Assembly (NCBI GenBank): GCA_964016885.1 | Contig: OZ024757.1 | Coordinates: forward strand, 39,928,001 to 39,992,000 | DNA: 64,000 nucleotides | Direction of reading: 5' to 3' | Source: Eledone cirrhosa | Lineage: Eukaryota | Position numbers and translations under genes: made by a program | In this document: positions 17,340-31,266 of the stretch, in pieces | Layout: each line of letters starts with the position of its first letter | Numbering within the stretch: position 1 is the stretch's first letter | The notes under the pieces: model-generated | The model's database searches: none | The model's input: only the letters and a program-made list of their open reading frames with translations | What the model was told of the DNA's origin: nothing

Positions 17340-17880
17340 GATGACCGGTAACTGTGAGGAGCTCATCCGGCCTTTTAACAGCTCTTGTTTTTTAAAACCT
17401 GCTTGAGTTCCACTTACTCATCTCACCAAACTAGGGTATAGTGGAAGAGCCGGTTTAGTTGCCGTGGGGTCGATTGTAGTTGACTCTGAGGAGTTCATCC
17501 GCTTTTTAATACTTCTTGTTTGTTTCTGCTGTTTGGGTTCCACTTATCCCCACACCGAACCAGACTATTTGGGGACCCGGATTAGTCGCCGACCACTCGG
17601 CCACGTAGCAGGTTGTACTGGGTTACATAGTACTAATAATCACTTCTGCTTTTGGAATAAAGCCAGCAATTATCCCAGTATATTACTGGTACTTTATTCT
17701 ATCGACCCCGTAAGGATGAAAGGCAAATAGGCAGAAGCCAGACGTGATGATGAAGCATTTTAACTGGGTTACATATTACCAGTAGGAGGCAGATGGCTGA
17801 TCTGACCAGACCAGTGTCTGGTGGGGGAGCTGGTTTAGTCAGCGACATCTCGACAATGAAACAGGTTGTACCAGTATTAT
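17340..17880 (-). mobile_element. Tandem decayed copies of the 50700-50890 element
   Basis: e.g. ggggacccggattagtcgccgaccactcggccacgtagcaggttgtactgggttaca versus the reverse complement of 50725-50790 (ggggttgccagtttagtcgccaacgacccgaccatgtgacaggttgtactgggataca). Confidence 0.6.
17635..17727 (-). mobile_element. SINE-1 3' half (short form)
   Basis: gccagcaattatcccagtatattactggtactttattctatcgaccccgtaaggatgaaaggcaaa. Confidence 0.75.
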
Positions 17881-18900
17881 ACAGAAGCCTGACCTATCAT
17901 TAATGATACATTGAACTCCTCTCAAATACAACAGTTATTTATTTTTCATCCCATTTGTCCAGGTCGGGTAGCTCTGTTTGAGGAGTGTATAAAGACCGAT
18001 ATAATTCACTATATCTTAACTGAATTATCAGAAAAAAAAATGTTTTATTTTTATATATTTGTCATCACTATACAATATAAGAAAGACAATTCGAGCTTTT
18101 CATTTCTTAAATTACAAGGAATATAATATATCCCGGAAGACATCATTGAAAATAGCTAAGGTTAAACGCTTTTAGACAATTCTGTAAAAATGATACATTA
18201 TATGTAAACCTTAAGTGAACCTATTTCCTTCAAACGTGCTATGTCTATAGTTGCAGTTAACCTTACGTTCTCCTTACATAAGCGATTTTAGTAATCATAC
18301 GAAATGTACTAACTACAAACACAGGAATGGCGACGAGAGAAGGAAGTGAATTCATGTTATCCTACTTCACCAGCATATTATTATTAATCATCATCTTCTT
18401 CTTCAAGGCAATTAGATTTACGTTACTTATCATTTCATGTCTTCTATGTTTGAAGTTGTTAACATTGAGAGATGTATTTAAAGTTTAAAATGTTTAATGT
18501 AGAATGAACTCGCCGAAGAAATTACTGCACGTATAATATAGTTGTAAGCTATGATCCCTAACTAATAAGAAAATTCTCGAAGAAAAAGCAATCAATTTAA
18601 TGAACTAACAACAACGGTCAATGTTTCCATTTCGTGAGAACTGGACAGTTTCCTACGGTCGTTTCATCACGCAATCATCAAGTTCAGTTTAATTCTAGTT
18701 ATATATTTAGACAAACTGGTGACGTATATATCAGAAATGTTGTGTCGTTTCCGCTCATAGTGAATGGTTTTCAAAGAGATACAATGAATCGGTTTTGATT
18801 GGTTGAATATACATTGCATGACGACAAATATTGCTGAGTGCTCTGACGACAGATTAAAGTTTACAGTGTACAGTCAGAGAATGCTTTAATCTGTCTCACT

Positions 18901-18938
<38 letters not shown>

Positions 18939-19392
18939 TAAGTGTGTATACGTGTAGCTTATACACATACAAGTTAATACGTACGTATATATATGTATGT
19001 ACGTATGTATTTATATACGTATGTATATACGTATGTCTATATGTATGTATATATGTATGTCCTTATGTCTGTATGTATATATGTATATATGCATGTCTTT
19101 ATGTATATATGTGCTTTTAGGTACGTACGTTTAAATGTATATATATGTACATATATATGTTCGTATGTATATATGTATGAACGTATGTATGTATATATGT
19201 ATATACGAACATATGTAGTACATGTACATATAGTTGGCAACACAGGTGTTGGTGTTAAGGTCATAACGAACAACCAATAACATTTCTTAGACTTAGAAAG
19301 TATATTTCTGATTAGGTGTAAAATATATTTATCACCAGTAATATTAACCCTTTCAATCTGACGTCGATAAAAGTAATAAGCTACACGTCCAT

Positions 19393-19494
<102 letters not shown>

Positions 19495-19569
19495 TGACGA
19501 ATGCGTGTAAGAGAGAAAGTGTGAGTGAGTAAGTGTATGAATGAGTGTGGTAATATATAAATATATTAT

Positions 19570-19955
19570 AAACACTATCAAAGGACGAAAGAAGCCAATA
19601 GCTTCCTAAGCCTACAGAAAATACACACCCTATAGAAAAGAAGACAACAGCCCCTTGTTCCTACAGAGAAATTAAATAATATAAACCCGATCAAATGACG
19701 AAAGAAGCCCAGAGTTCCCTATATCTCGAGAGAAATTTAAGGATAGAAGCACTATCAAAGGACAAAAGACTCCCAGTACTCCCTATATCCCGAAAGAAAT
19801 TAAATAATACAAACCTTTATCAAAGGACGAAAGAAGCCCAGAGCTCCATATATCTCGAGAGAAATATAAAAATATAAACCTTAACAAAAAACGAAAGAGG
19901 CCCACAGCTTCCTACACCTGCAGATAAATCATATAATATAAATACTATGAAAAGT
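19570..19955. repeat. ~64-bp-unit minisatellite, 5-6 diverged units
   Basis: tatcaaaggacgaaagaagccc-like starts at ~19576, 19690, 19753, 19818 and 19881. Confidence 0.8.
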
Positions 19956-20265
19956 AGAAAGAAAATAGCCGAGAAAGAAAATAGCCGAGAAAGAAAATAG
20001 ACTTGCAGTGTCTTCTTTGTGAAAGACATTACATTACATTGATGACATCCGTAGGCTAGACATTCTAGAAGAATCTTCGTCATCTTCTCATTTGCCTTTA
20101 CTTTCGTAATCACCATCATCACCATGACCAGCATAACCAGCTTCGCCTTTGGCTTTATAACTAACCATATCGTTGCTACTATAACCTGGGTGGGGACTAT
20201 ATCATGACCGTCACAGTTGTAATCGCTGTAATCGTCATCACCACTACGATCGTCGTATTAACCAA

Positions 20266-20613
20266 TGCGTTAGCAGTCATCATCATCATCACCACCATTA
20301 CCACCACCTCCACCACTATCTCTATCACCACCATCACCACTACCTCCACCAACATCACCACTATCACCACTACCTACACCAACATCACCACTATCACCAC
20401 TACCTCCACCACCATCACCACCTCCAACAACGCCACCATCACCACCAGCACCTCCAACAACGCCACCATCACCAACACCTCTAACACCTCCACCATGACT
20501 ACCACCACCAATTCCAGCACCACAACCACCACCACCAACACCATGACTACCACCACCACCACCACCATGACTACCACCACCACAACCACCACTATCACCA
20601 CCACCACCACCAC
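20266..20613. repeat. (CAC)n/(CAT)n degenerate triplet repeat
   Basis: Direct reading. Confidence 0.92.
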
Positions 20614-20937
20614 TAAAATCATTCGTCTAAGGTAGTATTACAGTGAGAATGTTAAGTTGGTCGTAAGTAAATATTTAATTTCTAAAGCTCAGTGTATCAA
20701 TAAGTAAAGCAATGTTAGTATCTCGCCTGCTCAATGACATGTAGAATGGTAGCGAAAGAAAGCTTCAATTCACTTCTACCATGTTGTGCTTGTGGTTTTC
20801 TTCTTTGCTTTCTCTTTTGCTCACTCTCTCTATCTCTCTCTAACTCTCCCCCTCTCTCTCTTTATCTATCTACCTCTATCTATTTATTTATCTCCCTGTG
20901 CGTTTTGTATCCTCTCCCTCCTTCTAATCAATGTATA

Positions 20938-20998
<61 letters not shown>

Positions 20999-21001
<3 letters not shown>

Positions 21002-21173
21002 AAAAAGTATGACCCCGACGCCAGAGCTCAAGCCGTTTCGACGGCTAGTCCAGAAATAGCCGTCGAAACGGCTTGAACTCTGCCGTCGGGGTCATACTTT
21101 TTCCAATTTCCCACTCTACTACCCTAAGTATTGAGTACTCTGGTGCGTTATGGTCCATCTGGTTTCCTTCGTT
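20999..21173 (+). mobile_element. Family A hairpin+tail element
   Basis: Arms ggaaaaagtatgaccccgacg...cggcta / tagccg...ggggtcatactttttcc with loop gtccagaaa, same tail, (TA)n flanks. Confidence 0.85.
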
Positions 21174-21219
21174 ATATATATATATATAACATACATACAT
21201 ATGTGTATCTCTTTGTGTG

Positions 21220-21278
<59 letters not shown>

Positions 21279-22220
21279 TTATGTCCCTTTCTCACCCCTT
21301 TCTCTCTATCGATATCTAGCTATCTATTTATTTACCTCTATCCCCCTCTCCTACGAGTTCGTATTCTCTCTATCATTATCACTCACCAACTCTCTCTTTA
21401 TCCATCAATCTCCCTCTCTCCTACTAGTTAGTATTCTCTCTATCTATCTATCCCATTCTCTCTCACCTAATAGCTCGTGTCCTCTATCTCTATCCCACTA
21501 TATCTCTCTCGCCCTCTGTCTCCTACTATCTCTATATCTAGTCCACTATCTCTCTTTCCCCCTCTTTCTCTCCTACTGCCTCTATATCTATCCCACTATA
21601 TCTCACACTTTCTCTGTCTCCTACCATCCCACCATCTCTCTCTCTCCTTTACTACCACGTATCCCTTTTCCTCTACCCTCTCCTCTCTACTCACAACTCA
21701 CCTCCCCCCGTTTCACTTTCACATCTTCACATTACCGACTTTGTACACATCTCACATTTCAAAGTTGATAGATCTTTCTAAAAGCTAACGACTCTATCAC
21801 CAATAGCACGCTCCTACGTACTTAAATCGAAGCCTTCAACGAGAGAGAATATTTGTTGCGCTGCCTAGTTATTTGTGTTACATTTTAGTGTCACAACTAT
21901 GAATATATCAAAAGACAAATAAACCAAACCAAACAAAACCAAATCAAGACAAAATAAAACATAAAAAAGGGAGAGAAAAGAAAAAAAGGCAAACAACAAA
22001 CAATAAACAAATTATAAAGCTATAGAAATCAAATATAAAAGATATGTTACACAAATACACAACACGAACTCAACATAACACAAATACTACTCAACACACA
22101 TACGGACAAATGTGGTTATGTGCGAACGTAATCGAAATAAAAATCGAAAAATTTCTCCTATGTACCCATTATATAAAAGAAATATAAACGAGATATTTAT
22201 GTTTTCCTGTTGAAGGTATT

Positions 22221-22251
<31 letters not shown>

Positions 22252-22460
22252 ACACATATATCTACATATACATATATATATGTATGTATATGTAGATATA
22301 TATGTATGTATATGTAGATATATATGTATCTACACCTATATATATATATACATATATCTACACCTATATATATATATACATACTTACTTACATATACATA
22401 CATACATATATACATATAAATATATATATGTATATATACACATATATATACACACACATC

Positions 22461-22530
<70 letters not shown>

Positions 22531-22582
22531 CACAAGCGCACACACACACACACATCTATATATAATGTATGTATACACACAT

Positions 22583-22618
<36 letters not shown>

Positions 22619-23589
22619 TTCATCAGAAAAATAATATATATATATATAAATAACTTCTGAAGCCTATACGTTTCAACGTTTATGAAGCAACACATACGTA
22701 AACATTATCGTTAAAAATGTTTGCCCCTGTTAAATGTAATGCAAATTTGCATACCTTTAAGTTAAGAAAACCGTATTTGAATATGTCAAATAGTTTGTGG
22801 CGTAGCGTGCGACATGCTTTTCCATTTTAGCTTAAACTTTATTTTACTTCACACGAATATGAAGAGATGTATGTCGTACAGTTAATGTATTAAAGGTGAG
22901 AAAGCAGGATGATATTCGGCTTTCATTTTGAGCCAAATAAAGTAATATTTGAAAGTCAATGATATTTGAAAGTCAATGATATCTGACTCGATTAGTTAGC
23001 TGATAGCTGCTCAAAAGTTCTGTGCTTCAAAGTTTCGTCTGCTCTCTGCGGAGCTGTGATCTCTTCACTCTTGTCTATGGCATGTACTGAATTGTTTTAT
23101 ATTTATTTTGGAAAAGCCTGCTTCAGTTTTGTTTGCTAGGCACGATTTAGACATTATAAGGGCCCATAATTGTGAGACGTGTCAAAATTCTAAACTGAAT
23201 GAATTTCATGATGAGAAAAATACCAAGATGCAAATAGGTATAGGTAAGCCAAGTTCACATTAAAACCCCAAAGACAAAATCTTTCTAAATATATCGATCG
23301 CTCGTCGTTCTGCCAACTAAGGAAAGTATGATTCACCGAGGAATTTGCAAGCTGCTGAAATATGAATTTTGTCATCAACTGAAAGCTAATGTATCATATC
23401 TGCATCGTCTACATTATCTAAAAACTACATTAAACTTATCTTATTTGAAATCTAAACTCTAATTTTTGTCGTTAGACTTTAAATAGCTATTAGAAGGAGG
23501 AGTTTATGTCAAACTACTTTACTAATTGTCCGCTTGTTCAACATCATGTTCATGCAACTGGTGTAGCTAGCTGTAAGGGGGCCAATCTA

Positions 23590-23905
23590 GATGCCTTTAC
23601 AGTCAGTTGTCACCATAGCTCCCAATTATGCGTAGAAGTGACTCAGTGTTGTGACATGTCTAGTCTTCCATGTTGTCGGAGCAAGAATTTCTATGTTTGC
23701 CTGTTCTTCGCCTTCCCTCGACTGTGCCCTGAAGGATGCTTTTAGGCAAGGATTTATGGCAGGTATATGACCATACCATTGCAAGGAGAGTCACGTCTGC
23801 CAGCATATCTGTTAACTTGCTACCACACAAAGCTGTTTCCTTTGTGCTCCATGTATGGAATATGTAGCAGGCAGAGATCATGTGAATGTCTTCAATTTTA
23901 AACAA
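23590..23905 (-). mobile_element. RTE-clade LINE C-terminal fragment, decayed
   Basis: ORF 23660-23905 ends HKSLPKSILQGTVEGRRRTGKHRNSCSDNMED, matching the RTE C-terminal motif (K.ILQG..EG.RRRGR.R..W.DN). Confidence 0.7.
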
Positions 23906-24723
23906 GCTTCATTCTAGCTTGCTGCTACACCATTTAATTTTGCAGATCTCGGATTGCTATGTGGATCTTCGATAGAGATTATGATTTCGTTGCAAACCAA
24001 ATATTCCCATCACGTCATTTAACTGAGTAAATAATGGTTCTTCTGCAACGCAGGCTTAAAGCTATAAATAATTTCAACAGTGAGATACAGAGATACAGAG
24101 TTGAATACTTCAACAGTAGTACATAACTGACATTTATTCTACCAATTCCGGAAAGATTTTGACAGAGTAACACATGCAACGATGATGGAATTTCTATAAG
24201 AATTCATGATATATTATAAAGACTTCCAAATAATAACAAACATAGAATGAGAGCAAACATCGGGGTAGAAAGAACTGAACGGGGTAAATATAAATATATC
24301 AGAAGTTAATATTTAGAAAGGCTTTAAAACCCCAAAATAAATACTAGAATTGATTGAAAGTCAATGCAAAGGACACCAAAGATAATATTACTGGAACATA
24401 TGCAATCACACAGCAGAAATCAAACATACTTTGTTAACTGGGTCCAACATATATACACATAGATAAACAATATCACAAATAGAAAAAAAAACGGAGTCAA
24501 AATGTTTTCTAAGAACCACGGGGTTATAAGAAGCTGACATATGGTGATTAACAAAATTATTATTTAAGATATTAAATAGTAATTTGACAGATAAACATTA
24601 AATTTGGCTAAATTAAATTTATATTAGGGCATCAAAAGATGAAACCTTACTTTTTCTATAATTTAACTGATATTGTATTAGTATATATAACCAGCTAAAT
24701 AAGACATTAGGTCTATCTCTCTC

Positions 24724-24812
<89 letters not shown>

Positions 24813-24917
24813 GACCTTAACATTTTAAACTTCGCATTTTCCTCTTTGTTAATATACTCCGTCATCCTTGTATACCGAATATATATATATAATCACACAT
24901 TATATATATATATATAT

Positions 24918-24987
24918 GTTTATCCCGGGTTCAATCGGGGGTAAGCGATGATTTCCTCCGAATGAAACAGTTCTAATCCTTTAGAAG

Positions 24988-24990
<3 letters not shown>
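24918..24990. mobile_element. Family B fragment
   Basis: tttatcccgggttcaatcgggg (reverse complement of the 59878 tail) is fused to gatgatttcctccgaatgaaacagttctaatcc. Confidence 0.65.
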
Positions 24991-25020
<30 letters not shown>

Positions 25021-25777
25021 CCAGTACTATATTCTATCGATCCCCTTCACAAGTATGAAAGATAAAGTTGTCCTCGGCGGAGTTTGATCTCGGAATCTAT
25101 CAAACCTTAACTAAATGCTACACATCAGTCTAAATAACATTCTAACCAACCAACCTACCAATTCAACTCCTTACTATTCAGTATAAAATTGTGAAAATTT
25201 CCAAATTCCAAATTAAGAACACCAACATACTCCCTCTTGGACACTTTGCAAACTGGAATAAACTACTTGTACAATAGATTATGACAATATACACGCAATC
25301 TTAAACAAACAATGAAATAATAAACATACAGAAAAACACATAGTATATGTACGATAATCTATACACCCTAAGGATTTCTGCAATATATATAATTGAAATA
25401 ACACTTTTACTACATAATCTTAGACAGGAAGATGTATGTATATATAAGCAGTACTTATATACACATACAAACATACATAGTCACATAAATGTATACACCA
25501 TATATACATACCCACACACACGTGTATACATCATGATATATATATATATATGCATATATACATACACATATATATATATATGCATATATATATATAAACA
25601 CACACACATATATATGCATATATATATATATACACACACACATATATATATATATATATGCATATACACACACACACATATACACACAGATATATATATA
25701 TATACACACACACACATATATACATACCCACATATTCACTCACACACACAAACACAGATACCTACCTACACAGACAT

Positions 25778-25810
<33 letters not shown>

Positions 25811-26186
25811 CATACCCATATATTCACTCACACACACAAACACACACAGATACCGAACTACACATACATACACCATAAAATTGATAAATAAACATTGCAC
25901 TTGCAGTTTTATTGTGGAATTTTTGAAAAACAAAAAGAAAAGTAAACACAATTTTCTGGAGGATTGCTACATTATATTTTTGTGTTGTTTCTTGTTACTT
26001 TTTCTGATTCTTATTTTTTGCCTTTTTTCCCTCCACTTGTCTTATTTTTCTGAAGGCATAGAATGGATTCTTTATGCAGTTTTCCTATTTCTAGGTGCTA
26101 TTGTTGCACGGCTGATGTAAAAAAAACAAAACAAAAAAAACAAAACAACTACAACTTCTTAATAAACAACAACAATTTTCAAATAC

Positions 26187-26240
<54 letters not shown>

Positions 26241-26868
26241 ATATATATATATAGATAGATAGATACAGAGAGAGAGAAGGAGCATGCGTGAATTGTGTGT
26301 GTGTATGTATATATATATATATATAAGAGAAAGAGAAATGTAGAGGAACAGAGAAACAGACAGCGTGAGCGAGAGAATTGGAGAGAGCGAGAGAGCGACA
26401 AACAGTCACAGAGAGAGAAAGAGAGAAAGCGAAAGAGAGGGAAGTAGAGGCGGGGACTATTTCCCGAAAATACACAATTGTTTATATTACCAGAAAATGT
26501 AACAAAATATAAAACCACAGTGGAGAAACATGTAGAAAAAATGTTTCCAACAGGCACAAAAGGAAAACTCTAGAGAACTACAGGGGAAAAAAGAATTATA
26601 AATATTTCTCTAAAAATATTTTTTCCGTGTGAAATTCTCCAAAGATTTTGTATATTCACAAATGAAGAAAATAGAAAGATTAACAGGCTGTTAAAATTGA
26701 ATAGCAATAAATTGGATGAATGAAAAGACAGATGCAATTGGGGAGACACACAAATAAACAATGTACACACACACACATATATATGTGTGTATATATATAT
26801 TTATATATACACAAACACATATATACACACACAGTTACTTGGAGACATACGCGAACAATACACGCAAA

Positions 26869-26934
<66 letters not shown>

Positions 26935-26993
26935 CAAATACAAACTTATACACAGAATTTCTTGGAGACATGTGAAAAACATACACAAACATG

Positions 26994-27037
<44 letters not shown>

Positions 27038-27071
27038 TATATACACACAAATAAGCAACAACAACACACAT

Positions 27072-27105
<34 letters not shown>

Positions 27106-28614
27106 CACACAAGGCTATGTGGAGACTTGGAGACATATGGGAAAGGATCCTCAATATTTAATTGTCATTTTATAACAGTCCATACAATGTTCAGGAAGAA
27201 AAAAATTGTATATTTTTGGAATCAGAGAATGAAGCTCAGTTTTTGTATATTATTGTGGAAGAGAATGATAGAATTTATTTGAACTAGGAATAAACTGTAT
27301 GAAATTTTCATTCTTTCATTTTTGTGTTTGTTGTTAAATTGTTATTTCTTCCCACCTTAGAATAGAGGAATGTGCTTGAAAGTCAATACCATTTTTGAAG
27401 TGTAAAAGTTTGTATGTCGAAAACATTCATTCATATGTTGTGTTTGTGTGTTTTCTTTCATGTTTTAATTCTGCATTTGTTTTTCTATTATTTTCGTGTA
27501 CAAAAATATAACTCTCTGAATAGACATGGAAATTTTACTACAATGAACACTTTACATTCCTAGTCCCCTTCAGATTTGAAATAATGTCGATCAATGAGGA
27601 GAAAGTATGATGATTCTAGAAGATATCTTGAAATTGTTATGGCCGACGCTAGTGACATTTTACAATTGAGAAATGAGAAAAAAAATGTTATAAATATTTG
27701 GCAGACACGAACGTCATCATTATACATCGCTGAACTTAAACTAAATCCTGTTTTATTTTGCTGTACCTGTACATATTTTCATTTAGATTTTAAATGTTCA
27801 AAGTTTGTGGAAGTCTGCCACAACCAGGGAAAGATGAATCACGATCGATTAAATGATTTATAAAGTTTTAAGGGTCAAATCTTGGTCAGGCATTGTGTAA
27901 TATTGTATTTATAGATGGCATTTTTATGTTAAACTACCATGAGTATTGTAAAGAAGCACACACACACAAACACAAACACACGCAAAGTACGGCTATGCTG
28001 GAGCAACACGTTCAATAGCTTCAGACAATAATATAAATTACGAATATATTATTGATATAACTATAAATTAGTTAAATACACCGGAAAGGAAAGCAGCTTT
28101 GGAAGGGACTATAAATGCCATAAATGAGAGCAAGGTAAGAGGAAAGGGAGAGGAAAGGGAGAGGAAAAACAAGGAAAACTAGACAAATGAAGAAGGCAAG
28201 CCAGTAAGGGAGAGGACGACAAACTCTACACGCAGGTCAGAGCGCTGTTTCAGCTGTGCCTCGCGGACAAAATAGCAAAGACATTTTCGAGAACAATGGC
28301 CAGATACACATACTGCAACGGCCACACATACACAATACTGGGTTCCTTCCTCAGACGTGCTGCAGTCAATACGATTATACGGAAGAAATCAGCTGACTAA
28401 AAACAATTCAAACTTGTTCACATATATATATATTAATCTACAGCATGACAGCATAGCATAGCACAGTTAAAATGGTTATTTAAGGAGCTACGTATAGCAA
28501 TCAGTAAATGAAATAGAAATTACTCTAGTGCAATTTCCGTGGATATATTTTTACTGTCAATTTATTTTACACTTATTTTGTATATTTTCATAACATGCTA
28601 CAGTCATTCATTAG

Positions 28615-28659
<45 letters not shown>

Positions 28660-28664
<5 letters not shown>

Positions 28665-29080
28665 AACATATACATACATATATGATGACTGCCCCTCTCA
28701 TCATATATGTATGTGTGTATATATATATATATATATACACACATAAACATACATATATGATGACTGCCCCTCTCATCATATATGTATGTGTATATATATA
28801 TATATATATATACATAAACATACATATATGATGGATGTCCCTCATCATATATGTATATATATATATATATATATATACATACTTATATGATGGATGTCCC
28901 TCATCATATATGTATATATATATATATATATATATACATACATACATAAACATATATATATATATAATGATTTCCCCCTCATCAAATATGTATGTATATA
29001 TATATATATATATATATACATAAACATATACATACATATATGATGGCTGTCCCCACATCAAATATGTATGTATATGTATA
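28660..29080. repeat. Tandem array of ~6 palindromic units separated by (TA)n
   Basis: Unit acatacatatatgatga-ctgcccctc-tcatcatatatgtatgt and variants. Confidence 0.85.
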
Positions 29081-29113
29081 TATATAATCTAATACATACA
29101 TACACACACTCAC

Positions 29114-29161
<48 letters not shown>

Positions 29162-29312
29162 CTAATACATACATACATACATACACACACACAATATATA
29201 TATATATATATAATCTAATACATGCATATATATATATATTTATACATATACACAAAGAAGTATTATACATATATATATATATATATGTTGTATATGATAT
29301 ATATATAAACAT

Positions 29313-29344
<32 letters not shown>

Positions 29345-29646
29345 ATCATATATATATATATATATAAGGAAATGAAAGACATTCAACTCCAATTTGCTAA
29401 AGATTCTAATTGCAGGATAAGATACTCTCTTTTCTACAGATTCATTTACCTTCAGATTGCTTCAATGCAAAAACTATTTTATATTTTCTCTTTTCTATTT
29501 TGTCAGAATGTGGCTCATCAATAGGCGTAAATCTCTTACAGTTCTAATACCATTTAGATACCGGCTTCTTTCTTAGGTTTTTTAAAGATTTTGTTCATTT
29601 TGACTTGTTTCGTTTAATATTGTTTAAGACATATAATGTTATTATT

Positions 29647-29696
<50 letters not shown>

Positions 29697-29750
29697 TATA
29701 TTGTTTGATTGTCTGTATATAAACGGAAATCACGCTTTCTTATCTCTCTC

Positions 29751-29843
<93 letters not shown>

Positions 29844-30042
29844 TATATATATATACACACATATATATATATATATACACACATATATATATACACACAC
29901 ATATTATATATATATATATAGTAATTGTTTCGTGAAGGTATCTAGGGTGTAGAGCAATCAGTCCGCTGCATGTTGAATACGCTATCTTTGTGATTATCTG
30001 CATAATGTTTTCTTTGTATAGAGTTTAACAATAATCACAACG

Positions 30043-30090
<48 letters not shown>

Positions 30091-30164
30091 TAAATGAAAC
30101 AAAACAATACAAAAATAACAGGAATGTAAACATATACAGTTATAGGTAGGTTCACATATATTCT

Positions 30165-30270
30165 GGAAAGACAAGAACTCTGCCGTAGGGCCCAATTCTT
30201 TCTAATATTGTCACACTCAGCTCTTCCAAGTATCGAATAATCTGTTTAAGAATGGTCTAACTAGATTTAT
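30165..30270 (+). mobile_element. Highly diverged family A remnant
   Basis: gaactctgccgtagggccc...aagtatcgaataatctg...atggtc aligns to the family A right arm and tail. Confidence 0.45.
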
Positions 30271-30282
30271 ACTGGTTTAAAC

Positions 30283-30339
<57 letters not shown>

Positions 30340-30343
<4 letters not shown>

Positions 30344-30649
30344 TAGGTAATTCCGAAGGAAAAGCAAAGGAAAAAAGAGTGCTCTATGTATAGACTAGAG
30401 CTATTTAATTAGAAAGTGAATAACATAAAATATAACTAGTCCATTACCAAACGATTCTGGGGCCCAGATAATATTAATATACGTCTGGATCTGTCATCAG
30501 ACAGAAATGTTATGGATAAAAACTTTAGAATATTTTCTGTCCATAACATTTCTGTCTGATGACCGATCCAGACGTATATTATTATTGTCTGGGATCCAGA
30601 AACCTTTGGTTATGGAGTAGTTACATGTTGTATTGTTCAATTTCTAATT
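30340..30649 (-). mobile_element. Fold-back element with HHR-like core (family E)
   Basis: Inverted arms ~30407-30521 and ~30533-30649. The right arm has CTGATGA(30556)-gatccagac...gtctgggatc-GAAA-cc/ttt/gg-TT. The tail on the left carries TAGAGCAC on the minus strand. It starts next to (TA)n. Confidence 0.6.
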
Positions 30650-30694
30650 CATACCAACACTTTGATTTAACACCACCAGATTTCGGATCTGGGC

Positions 30695-30875
30695 ATATCA
30701 ACGAGTTAACAAGGTAAACTTTATTCCACCATTATATTTCCCTGTATTTTCTGTTTAAGTTCTAGCTGCCTGATGAAGTGATAACTGTTGAATTATGGCT
30801 GTGGCAGAATCATATATTGCAGCGAATATAAATAAACGAAGTTAAATTTAACCCGTTGACTTACACTTCTTGTTA
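30695..30875 (+). mobile_element. Diverged family C copy with degenerate HHR (30765-30823)
   Basis: gctgc-CTGATGA...GAAt-catatatt-gcagc, followed by aataaacgaagttaaattt (cf. aataaacgaagctaaattt at 55970). The upstream ctgggcatatca is shared with the minus strand of 55712-55723. Confidence 0.6.
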
Positions 30876-30891
30876 TATATATATATATATA

Positions 30892-31052
30892 TAGTAATAA
30901 TAATAAATTTGAAGACTAAATTAATCCAAAGAGGGCTCGATAAGGATAAATATATATCAAATATATAAGAACCGTAGAGCAACTATTTCAGAAGATCCCG
31001 TTAAGGGTGAAAGCAGCGATTATTTGCTTAAACTTTAATCTGTTATTTTAAT
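30892..31052 (+). mobile_element. Family D element with HHR-like motif (CAGAAGA variant)
   Basis: Close copy at 39268-39420, partial minus-strand copy at 48922-49010, fold-back form at 63949-64000. Motif ttt-CAGAAGA-tccc/gttaa/gggt-GAAA-gca...tgc-TT-aaac. Confidence 0.65.
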
Positions 31053-31175
31053 AAATATATATATATATAAATAATATATATGGATGTATATATATAAATA
31101 ATATATATGGATGTATGTATATATATATATATATAAATAATATGTATGTATATATATAAATAATATATATGGATG

Positions 31176-31266
<91 letters not shown>

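Noticed and set aside
27594-27863. 89-aa non-repetitive ORF (also 35899-36105 and 31802-32005)
   Set aside because: No recognisable motif; length is compatible with chance.
28085-28330. Possible further RTE C-terminal remnant (ALEGTI...RGKGRGK)
   Set aside because: The similarity rests on a purine-rich low-complexity stretch and is too weak to call.
28660-29080. CRISPR-like array (palindromic repeats with spacers)
   Set aside because: The spacers are (TA)n rather than unique sequence, there are no cas genes, and the context is eukaryotic.
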